NCBI GenBank assembly: GCA_041651095.1
Contig: JBAZJV010000002.1
Span: 107,621-171,620, forward strand
Reading direction: 5' to 3'
Length of the DNA stretch: 64,000 nt
Origin: Patescibacteria group bacterium
Lineage (GTDB): Bacteria; Patescibacteriota; Patescibacteriia; Patescibacteriales; UBA12465
The position numbers and the translations under genes are program-made. The notes beneath the pieces were generated by a model. That model did not search any database. It worked only from the letters and a program-made list of their open reading frames with translations, and had not been told where the DNA came from. Positions within the stretch are counted from its first letter, which is position 1; each line of letters opens with the position of its first letter. Below are positions 57,876 to 64,000 of this stretch, in pieces.

Positions 57876-58523
57876 AACCAAGAAGAAATAGACTCCTTAG
57901 CTAAAATTATTTGGGATTATCACCATATGAATCATCAGCTGAAAAATGCCGATTGTCTTTTTGTTTTGGGCAGTCATGATACTAGAGTCGCGGAATACGC
58001 GGCAGACCTATTTTTACAAGGATTGGCTTCATATATTATTTTTTCTGGTGGCCTTGGCCGTTTGACAACCAATATTTTTAGAAAACCAGAAGCGGAAATA
58101 TTCGCCGATATAGCTCTTGCCAAAGGAATTTCAAAAAATAAAATAATTATAGAAAACCAGTCCACCAATACGGGAGAGAATGTGCAGTTTACCAGGGAAA
58201 TTTTAAAACAGAAAGGTTTGAATTTTAATTCTTTCATATTAGTTCAGAAACCGTATATGGAAAGACGTACCTATGCGACCTTTAAAAAAATCTGGCCGGA
58301 AAAGAAATTAATAGTCACATCGCCGAAGATAGACTTCACGGATTATCCAAATAACGAAATTTCTAAAGAAAGGGTTATTAATATAATGGTCGGTGATTTG
58401 CAAAGAATTAAGATTTATCCGAAACGTGGTTTTCAAATTTTCCAAGAAATACCAAAAAATGTTTGGGAGGCGTATGAAAGACTTATAGAATGTGGATTTA
58501 CTGCTCATTTAATAAATGAATAG
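57873..58523 (+). CDS. DUF218 (YdcF/SanA/ElyC-like) domain protein.
   Basis: The segment DCLFVLGSHDTRVAEYAADLFLQGLASYIIFSGG...STNTGENV is typical of YdcF-like proteins. I set the start to the ATG at 57873. Confidence 0.7.
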   Translation: MNQEEIDSLAKIIWDYHHMNHQLKNADCLFVLGSHDTRVAEYAADLFLQGLASYIIFSGGLGRLTTNIFRKPEAEIFADIALAKGISKNKIIIENQSTNTGENVQFTREILKQKGLNFNSFILVQKPYMERRTYATFKKIWPEKKLIVTSPKIDFTDYPNNEISKERVINIMVGDLQRIKIYPKRGFQIFQEIPKNVWEAYERLIECGFTAHLINE

Positions 58524-59178
58524 TATTAATATTGAAGTAAGTAATAAATATATGAAATTAGATATTAAATTTGGAATTGATTTTGAGAAAAAAAGGGTTA
58601 AAGAAACTCTGGTGGAATTGAATTGGTGTTATGCAAATGGTTATACCCCGATTTTACCTAAATTAATTGGTTTAGAATCGTCCGAAGAGGAAATAAATAA
58701 TCAAATTGATAAAGAATATAATAGAGAAAGATACCAAGAGATAAAAAATCAAATAATCAATGATTTTTTGACAATTCATAAACCACTGGTCGAAAAATTG
58801 AAAGAGACTATCAATAAAGACATCCCATCCGTTTTTCAGGTTTACCTTACAAACTATGGGACTAATGGCTCTTACTTCCCTCCCAATATCATTGTTGTTA
58901 ATATAAATAGCCAAAAAGGTTATAAGACGATAGTTCACGAGATAATACATTTATTGATTGAGGATTGGATTCAAAAATATAATGTATCACATTGGGAAAA
59001 AGAGAGAACCGTAGACTCCATTTGTAATTCCGAAGAATTTAGTTTTTTACACTATAATGATTGGAAGAGTAATTATTATGGCGTAGAAAAATATATTGAT
59101 AATCTTTTTCACGATTATTTTTTTAAAGACCCCGAAAACTTTTTTTCTAAAATAGAAAACGTGCGTCCGATAGTTTAA
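58516..59178 (+). CDS. Hypothetical protein with an HExxH motif, a possible zinc metallopeptidase.
   Basis: The motif is TIVHEIIHLLIEDW. The gene overlaps the upstream gene by 8 nt. I recognise no other motif. Confidence 0.35.
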   Translation: MNSINIEVSNKYMKLDIKFGIDFEKKRVKETLVELNWCYANGYTPILPKLIGLESSEEEINNQIDKEYNRERYQEIKNQIINDFLTIHKPLVEKLKETINKDIPSVFQVYLTNYGTNGSYFPPNIIVVNINSQKGYKTIVHEIIHLLIEDWIQKYNVSHWEKERTVDSICNSEEFSFLHYNDWKSNYYGVEKYIDNLFHDYFFKDPENFFSKIENVRPIV

Positions 59179-59265
59179 CTTCTTTTTTACTGGGCCGCCA
59201 TTTCAACTAAAATATTAGAAAAATTCGTTGTTTTTTGATAAAATATAAATCGGTAATAAAATATT

Positions 59266-59871
59266 ATGCGCATTTGGGATATCCATCCGAAACATTTGTG
59301 CCGCAAGCATTTACTGGCCGAACATCGTGAGCTGCACGGGCTTTGGAATATTCTAACCAAACACAAGGGCCGGGGAGGATATTCGCGCCATCCTGAAACT
59401 CTGCGCTGGGTCGGCAAGCAGAAGGCTCTATATGAAAGACACGAAGCGCTGGTACTTGAATTTAAAAAACGTGGATATGAGCATCACACGCCGCTGGAAA
59501 AAAGCTTGGCCGTCGGCCAGGGCGGTCAAAAGGTCTTTTTAAACACCGCGGCCGAACAAAAAGTTATTTTGCGCGACAAGCCGTGCGAGTGCTTTCAAGA
59601 TCGGCAAATGAAGAATACTATTACTAACAATCTCCAAACTATTCCCGGCGTCGGCCGGAATATTGCTCAAGATTTGCGCCGTATCGGCATTCACGCTGTG
59701 GCCGACTTGAAAGGCAGGGATCCGGAAGAATTATACGAGCGGTCAAACCGCCTGGCCGGGATAAAGCAAGACCGCTGCCTTTTGTATGTTTTTCGCGAAG
59801 CGGTGTATTTTGCCGCAGGCGGCAGAAAACCGGAAAAACTGAAATGGTGGAACTGGAAAGATAAAAAATAG
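59266..59871 (+). CDS. Pyrimidine-dimer DNA glycosylase (T4 endonuclease V / DenV family) fused to a C-terminal helix-hairpin-helix domain.
   Basis: LCRKHLLAEHRELHGLW aligns with T4 endoV LADQHLMAEYRELPRVF, including the catalytic Glu. ALVLEFKKRGYEHHTPL aligns with ELIAECLKRGFN. The C-terminal segment IPGVGRNIAQDLRRIGIHAVADLKGRDPEELY is an HhH. Confidence 0.75.
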   Translation: MRIWDIHPKHLCRKHLLAEHRELHGLWNILTKHKGRGGYSRHPETLRWVGKQKALYERHEALVLEFKKRGYEHHTPLEKSLAVGQGGQKVFLNTAAEQKVILRDKPCECFQDRQMKNTITNNLQTIPGVGRNIAQDLRRIGIHAVADLKGRDPEELYERSNRLAGIKQDRCLLYVFREAVYFAAGGRKPEKLKWWNWKDKK

Positions 59872-59886
59872 CAATGGACAAATAAC

Positions 59887-60270
59887 ATGAAATCAAATTT
59901 AATCGCCCCGTGCGGAATGAACTACGCCATCTGTCGAGGATATTTGAGAGAAAAAAATCAATGTCCGGGTTGTAATATTGATAGTAAACTGAAACCAATT
60001 TATTGCCGGCTCTGCTCTATCAAAAATTGTGAGATTATAAAAAGCAAGAATTGGAAATATTGTTCCTCCGACTGCGATAAATTCCCCTGCCAGCGGCTAA
60101 AAAAATTAGACAAAAGATATAGAACAAAATACGGCATGAGCATGATTGAGAATCTTCAATTCATTAAGGATAACGGCATCAGAAAATTTATCCAACACGA
60201 AAGCAAAAGATGGATCAAAAACGGCAAAATACTTTGTGTACATGATAAAAAATATTTCGATATTAAATAA
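59887..60270 (+). CDS. DUF3795-like Cys-rich protein.
   Basis: The Cys pattern is APCGMNYAICRGY...CPGC...CRLCSIKNC...CSSDCDKFPC. Confidence 0.6.
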   Translation: MKSNLIAPCGMNYAICRGYLREKNQCPGCNIDSKLKPIYCRLCSIKNCEIIKSKNWKYCSSDCDKFPCQRLKKLDKRYRTKYGMSMIENLQFIKDNGIRKFIQHESKRWIKNGKILCVHDKKYFDIK

Positions 60271-60276
60271 ACAAAT

Positions 60277-61038
60277 ATGAACACAAAACTATTAAAAACA
60301 TTGACTCTGGGGGCGTATATGGTCATGATCGTAGTCAATTATCTGGCAATATCGCTTCCGATCGCGGGGAGGCAAACCGGAGATATTTCTGACAGCTACC
60401 CCAATCTCTTTGCGCCGGCCGGCTATGCCTTTTCCATTTGGGGATTGATTTACCTCCTTTTGGGAATATACGCCGTTTATCAGTTATGGCTAGGCAAGAA
60501 TGAGATAGCGGCGCGAATTAACCGCCTGTTTATTATTAACGCTCTGCTTAACGCCGCCTGGATATTCGCCTGGCATTATGATTATATCGGATTCTCGGTT
60601 ATCATTATGGCCGGCTTGTTGTTGACGCTCATCCGCATCGCTGATATCTTGCGGATTGGCCCACTTACTAAAAAGGAGGGGTGGCTGTTGCGCTTGCCGT
60701 TTAGCGTTTATTTCGGCTGGATTACGGTAGCGACCATCGCCAATATTACGGTTTTTCTGGTCAGCATCGGCTGGAGCAGGTTTGGCCTTTCTGAAATTTT
60801 TTGGACCATCGCCATACTTTTGGTCGGGGCGCTCATCGGCGCGTGGCGAACGCTAAAAGATCGCGCCGCGGCCTACGGATTGGTACTGATATGGGCTTAC
60901 GGGGCGATTCTTTACAAACACCTTGCAGAGAGCGGTTTCAGCGGGAAATATCCGGTCATTATCTGGACCGTAGCCCTGTGTCTCCTGATATTTGGGGGAA
61001 CAATCGCGTTGGCCATCATTAAGAAAAAAAATAAATAA
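60277..61038 (+). CDS. TspO/MBR-related tryptophan-rich membrane protein (long form).
   Basis: It has about 7 TM helices. YPNLFAPAGYAFSIWGLIYLLLGIY and the W-rich helices (NAAWIFAWHYDY, YFGWITVATIANI) resemble TspO-like proteins. Confidence 0.45.
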   Translation: MNTKLLKTLTLGAYMVMIVVNYLAISLPIAGRQTGDISDSYPNLFAPAGYAFSIWGLIYLLLGIYAVYQLWLGKNEIAARINRLFIINALLNAAWIFAWHYDYIGFSVIIMAGLLLTLIRIADILRIGPLTKKEGWLLRLPFSVYFGWITVATIANITVFLVSIGWSRFGLSEIFWTIAILLVGALIGAWRTLKDRAAAYGLVLIWAYGAILYKHLAESGFSGKYPVIIWTVALCLLIFGGTIALAIIKKKNK

Positions 61039-61057
61039 TCTATATACGGACTGAAGA

Positions 61058-61720
61058 ATGAAGCGCATGTCAGAGATATTAAAATCAGTTAACCGTCTGT
61101 TTATGAAAAATATCATCCCTAAAGATACCCGATATATCCCTTTAACCCAGCAAAACTCTTGCTGCGTACCGACCAGTTTGAGTATGGTAATGTACCGGCA
61201 GGGCCTGCCTTTGCTGCCCCAGGAATTATTGGGGTATCACCTAGGACTGATTTTGGACAAAAAACATAAGGACTTATTCTGGAACGCCCGGACCGGCAAG
61301 CGGCCGGCTACCGGTTTCGGCACGCAGATGCACAGGAAAGAATTCTCCATTAACGCTGTCTTCAAAAAATTAAAAATTCCGCTGCGAGCCGCGGCATATC
61401 CGATCAATAGCTTTAAAAATAAATCCGCATTAATTTCCTTTATCGGCCATGAAATCAAAACCGACCAGGATCTTGTCGTTCTGCTGGCTAGCGATATTCT
61501 GAATAACACCAAGAAACATAACGGCCATGCTTGCGTCATTGACCGTATCTATACCTCTCGTAACATTATAAGATTAGTGGACCCGGCCGCCACGCAAGCT
61601 AAATGGCGGGAAATCAGCCTTGATAAATTTATCAAGGCGGTCAAATCTCATCCGACCGGGCAAGGAAGAATCCTGGCGCTCGCAAAAGTTGACGAGCGGA
61701 AGATAAACCATTATCATTGA
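61058..61720 (+). CDS. Hypothetical protein, a possible papain-fold (C39-like) cysteine peptidase.
   Basis: QQNSCCVPTSLSMVMY (Gln then Cys) and NGHACVIDRI (His) are spaced as in Cys/His peptidases. The support is weak. Confidence 0.35.
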   Translation: MKRMSEILKSVNRLFMKNIIPKDTRYIPLTQQNSCCVPTSLSMVMYRQGLPLLPQELLGYHLGLILDKKHKDLFWNARTGKRPATGFGTQMHRKEFSINAVFKKLKIPLRAAAYPINSFKNKSALISFIGHEIKTDQDLVVLLASDILNNTKKHNGHACVIDRIYTSRNIIRLVDPAATQAKWREISLDKFIKAVKSHPTGQGRILALAKVDERKINHYH

Positions 61721-61744
61721 ATATTGATCAATATCAATACCTGC

Positions 61745-61816
61745 GCCTCTATAGTTCAACGGATAGAACGTGAGATTCCGGATCTCAAAATGAGGGTTCG
61801 ATTCCCCCTGGAGGCA
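61745..61816 (+). tRNA. tRNA-Arg (anticodon CCG).
   Basis: In my hand fold the acceptor is GCCTCTA/TGGAGGC, the D stem is GTTC/GAAC, and the anticodon stem is TGAGA/TCTCA with loop TTCCGGA. The T arm GAGGG-TTCGATT-CCCCC has one A-C mismatch. A terminator hairpin follows at 61833-61862. Confidence 0.75.
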
Positions 61817-61861
61817 CCCCATCATAAAACAAAATAACCTGCCGCCGGGCAGGTTATTTTT

Positions 61862-61881
61862 TGGCGGAATGGACGGGGCTC
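61862..61881 (-). pseudogene. Displaced 3' fragment of tRNA-Asp (last ~20 nt including CCA).
   Basis: TGGCGGAATGGACGGGGCTC is the reverse complement of GAGCCCCGTCCATTCCGCCA. It matches the 3' end of the intact tRNA-Asp at 61991.. except for the terminal CCA region. The hairpin to its left (lower coordinates) is also duplicated. Confidence 0.7.
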
Positions 61882-61990
61882 ACTACCCGGGGCTCGGCGG
61901 CGCACGAGTGCGCATCGCCTCGCCTTTCTCGCCCCGTCCTTTTCAACATTAATAAAATGAACCTGCCGCAGGGCAGGTTCATTTTATTAG

Positions 61991-62064
61991 CGGAATGGAC
62001 GGGGCTCGAACCCGCGACCTTCTGCGTGACAGGCAGACGCTCTAACCAACTGAGCTACCACTCC
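61991..62064 (-). tRNA. tRNA-Asp (anticodon GUC).
   Basis: The reverse complement is GGAGTGGTAGCTCAGTTGGTTAGAGCGTCTGCCTGTCACGCAGAAGGTCGCGGGTTCGAGCCCCGTCCATTCCG. It is nearly identical in layout to E. coli tRNA-Asp. CCA is not encoded in this copy. Confidence 0.93.
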
Positions 62065-62223
62065 AAATTGATAAGCTTCGTCGCACTAAGCAGCTTGGCT
62101 ATTGCTCCTCAGATGTGAAAAATGGCTAATTTTAAGCAGCCACGCCAGAATCATAGCAAAAAGATTATTTCTTGTCAAAATGGCGGACGCTCCTATAAGC
62201 GGCGCTGGAAATATCCGTTCATA

Positions 62224-62252
62224 TTGCCAAAAACCGGCCGATAGGCTATAAT
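62224..62252 (+). promoter_or_regulatory. Sigma70-type promoter for the dksA-like and lspA genes.
   Basis: TTGCCA, a 17-nt spacer and TATAAT. Confidence 0.6.
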
Positions 62253-62299
62253 TCAGATATCAAAACTAGCCCCTATATAGTTTTTTTATTTGGACCAAT

Positions 62300-62683
62300 A
62301 TGAACCAGGCATTAGACCAAGCAACAATCAAAGAGATAGAAAGCCAGCTGCTAGCCCAGAAAAAACAAATTCTGGATGATTTGGGCGATCTGTCGCATAA
62401 AGATAGCCACGAAGCGGATGACCGCACCACTAACTTCCCGCAATACGGCGATAAACCGGATGAAAACGCCCAGGAAATCAACGATTACTCGACTAATATC
62501 TTGACGGAAAAAGTGCTGGAAAAGAGCCTGGCGGATATTGATAACGCTTTAGGCCGGATCAAGAAGGGCTCTTATGGCATTTGTAAGTACTGCGGACGGC
62601 CGATAGATAAGAAACGCTTGCTAGCCAGGCCAACCGCTAATTCCTGCGTTACCTGCAAGACGGAATTGCAAGAAAATGAATAG
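62300..62683 (+). CDS. DksA/TraR-family C4-type zinc-finger protein.
   Basis: A coiled-coil N-terminal region is followed by CKYCGRPIDKKRLLARPTANSCVTCK. Confidence 0.85.
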   Translation: MNQALDQATIKEIESQLLAQKKQILDDLGDLSHKDSHEADDRTTNFPQYGDKPDENAQEINDYSTNILTEKVLEKSLADIDNALGRIKKGSYGICKYCGRPIDKKRLLARPTANSCVTCKTELQENE

Positions 62684-63143
62684 ATTGGCTAAAATCTCTC
62701 ACCGCCATATAGCTATCGCCTTAGTGATAGCTATATTTTTTGCCCTTGACCGGATTTTGAAAGTCTGGGCGCTGCGTTCGGCCGAACTGTCGCCATTCAA
62801 CCTGATCGGAAACTGGCTAAGCTTTGATTTCACGGCAAATTATTATATCGCCTTTTCCCTGCCGCTAAGCGGCCCGCTCCTGAATTGGGCGGTCACCGGA
62901 TTGACCGCCGGCGTGATCATCGCGATTATTATCCTGGCAATTTCGAAAAAATCACACGCCCTGGAAATCGGCTGCCTGATCCTGATCTTGCTGGGGGCGG
63001 CGAGCAACCTGTTTGACCGTTTGATTTATGGTTACGTGATAGATTATCTATACTTGCGCTATTTTACGGTCTTTAACCTGGCTGACGCCATGATCAGCGG
63101 CGGTGCTTTGCTGCTTATTCTGAAAAGTCTTAAGCGATCGTGA
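62676..63143 (+). CDS. lspA: Lipoprotein signal peptidase (signal peptidase II).
   Basis: It has 4 TM helices, with GAASNLFDRLIYGYVIDY and FNLADAMISGGALLLIL. Confidence 0.9.
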   Translation: MNRLAKISHRHIAIALVIAIFFALDRILKVWALRSAELSPFNLIGNWLSFDFTANYYIAFSLPLSGPLLNWAVTGLTAGVIIAIIILAISKKSHALEIGCLILILLGAASNLFDRLIYGYVIDYLYLRYFTVFNLADAMISGGALLLILKSLKRS

Positions 63144-63552
63144 TTTGCCGCTGCTGTTCCGACAACGGCTTAATTGCTATGATTCTGGTCCGAGACGGCC
63201 AGATTTTTTTTACCTTATCCGCCCATTCAACGGCAGTCACCGTATCCGGATCATTAAAAAATTCTGCCGCGCCCAGCGCGGACAAATCCTCAGCCGAACG
63301 CAGGCGGTAGGCATCAATATGGCAAAGCCGCCGCTTGCTGCCGCGGACCGTATAAAGTTTCAAGATATTGAAAGTCGGACTATTGACCGGAGCGCTAATA
63401 CCCAAGCCGGCTGCCAGGCCTTGGATCAACTTGGTCTTGCCGGCGCCCAAATCGCCGATCAGCGCGAAGACTTCTCCGCCCAGACAATCCTGGCCGAGCC
63501 GCAACCCGCAATCAAAGGTTTCTTGTTCGCTATGAGTAACAATCTTTTTCAT
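63130..63552 (-). CDS. tsaE: tRNA threonylcarbamoyladenosine biosynthesis ATPase TsaE (YjeE).
   Basis: Evidence includes GDLGAGKTKLIQGLAAGLGI, VNSPTFNILKLY and HIDAYRL. Confidence 0.88.
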   Translation of the reverse strand: MKKIVTHSEQETFDCGLRLGQDCLGGEVFALIGDLGAGKTKLIQGLAAGLGISAPVNSPTFNILKLYTVRGSKRRLCHIDAYRLRSAEDLSALGAAEFFNDPDTVTAVEWADKVKKIWPSRTRIIAIKPLSEQQRQITIA

Positions 63553-63657
63553 ATTTCCAGTCTAAATTATTTCCCAATAAAAATAAAGCGGTCATGATGT
63601 CGACAATAAAAAAGGGATAACCATGTTACCCCCTAAAGAAAATTCGCGTCGCACGTC

Positions 63658-63975
63658 CTACCGCAAGGTCTCCCACATCTGGCTCCATCTATATTGTATG
63701 GCGAAACCGATGTTACATAATTTCTCCCATATATAATAGCAGCCGAAAATCAAGAATAAAATTATGAAAGCGATAACCCCGGTTATCCAAGTATATAATA
63801 ATGCGACGATAACGCCCCCGATCGAAGCGATAAAAACGGCAAAATTACGATTGTATACTATAACAGAGCTGCCATGCAGCGATTTTACAGTGAGCCCGCC
63901 GAAAAATAATAGACCGCCCAAAACGCTGGATATCCAACAAGCTATCAGCCCGGCCCCCAACGTTCGGCCCAACAT
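63658..63975 (-). CDS. Small membrane protein (105 aa, 3 TM), hypothetical.
   Basis: It is a hydrophobic ORF with no recognised motif. Confidence 0.45.
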   Translation of the reverse strand: MLGRTLGAGLIACWISSVLGGLLFFGGLTVKSLHGSSVIVYNRNFAVFIASIGGVIVALLYTWITGVIAFIILFLIFGCYYIWEKLCNIGFAIQYRWSQMWETLR

Positions 63976-64000
63976 AAAAATTAGCCAGGAACATAATAGG

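Noticed and set aside
61861-62118. An 85-aa plus-strand ORF spanning the tRNA-Asp fragment and the intact tRNA-Asp. The ORFs at 47780..47977, 47828..48043 and 61574..61825 overlap other tRNAs in the same way.
   Set aside because: They are read through tRNA genes and terminator hairpins, and they have no SD or motifs, so they are artefacts.
1-64000. CRISPR arrays, reverse transcriptase/DGR or retron components, integrases, transposases, toxin-antitoxin pairs and recognisable phage-defence genes.
   Set aside because: I saw no regularly spaced direct repeats. No ORF shows RT (YxDD), tyrosine or serine recombinase, DDE transposase or known defence-system motifs. The islands are therefore described only as compositionally atypical, tRNA-associated regions.
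1-64000. Use of an alternative genetic code (UGA recoding, as in some CPR lineages).
   Set aside because: All conserved housekeeping genes are full-length and uninterrupted under the standard code, and UGA is used as a stop.

Overview
The window looks like a chromosomal segment of a small-genome bacterium, probably from the Patescibacteria/CPR. That placement is inferred from gene content: TrbC/VirB2-like pilin-domain surface proteins, scattered type IV pilus and competence parts, O-antigen-ligase-like paralogs, lipid-scavenging hydrolases, and almost no biosynthetic genes. All ORFs read through under the standard genetic code. I support about 70 CDS, 5 intact tRNA genes (Glu-UUC, Cys-GCA, Ser-CGA, Arg-CCG, Asp-GUC) plus one displaced tRNA-Asp 3' fragment, several sigma70-type promoters and intrinsic terminators, and one orphan promoter-to-terminator unit with no ORF. 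The backbone is relatively GC-rich and carries housekeeping genes: rel, rpsU, hisS, lepB, queA, ruvB, a UvrD-type helicase-nuclease, radC, rmuC, mscL, gyrA, ndk, glyQS, argS, tyrS, uvrA, tsaD, ychF, rpsF-ssb-rpsR, efp, lspA and tsaE. Visibly AT-rich patches interrupt it at about 18.7-19.2, 25.0-26.1, 40.3-46.5, 48.0-50.2 and 57.3-61.7 kb. Two of these abut tRNA genes, and two tRNA loci (Ser, Asp) show att-like duplications of the tRNA 3' end. No integrase, transposase, CRISPR array or reverse transcriptase is visible. The observations most worth following up are: (1) a 1004-aa PilB/GspE ATPase that is a covalent tandem of two complete ATPase modules, tightly followed by a translin-family gene and a phosphoesterase gene; (2) a low-GC seven-gene operon (DUF5320, DUF134, Trx-CcdA, cupin, Mrp/NBP35, ZIP, YibE/F) ending at tRNA-Glu; (3) a roughly 330-nt candidate ncRNA with a near-consensus promoter and a terminator, next to DnaA-box-like sequences and an AT-rich tract; (4) tandem paralogous VirB2-like pilin-domain proteins with giant ectodomains; (5) a tRNA-flanked AT-rich cargo island with a duplicated tRNA-Ser 3' end plus terminator plus promoter module. 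Every functional call rests on reading the translated ORFs and recognising motifs from memory. No database search was run.
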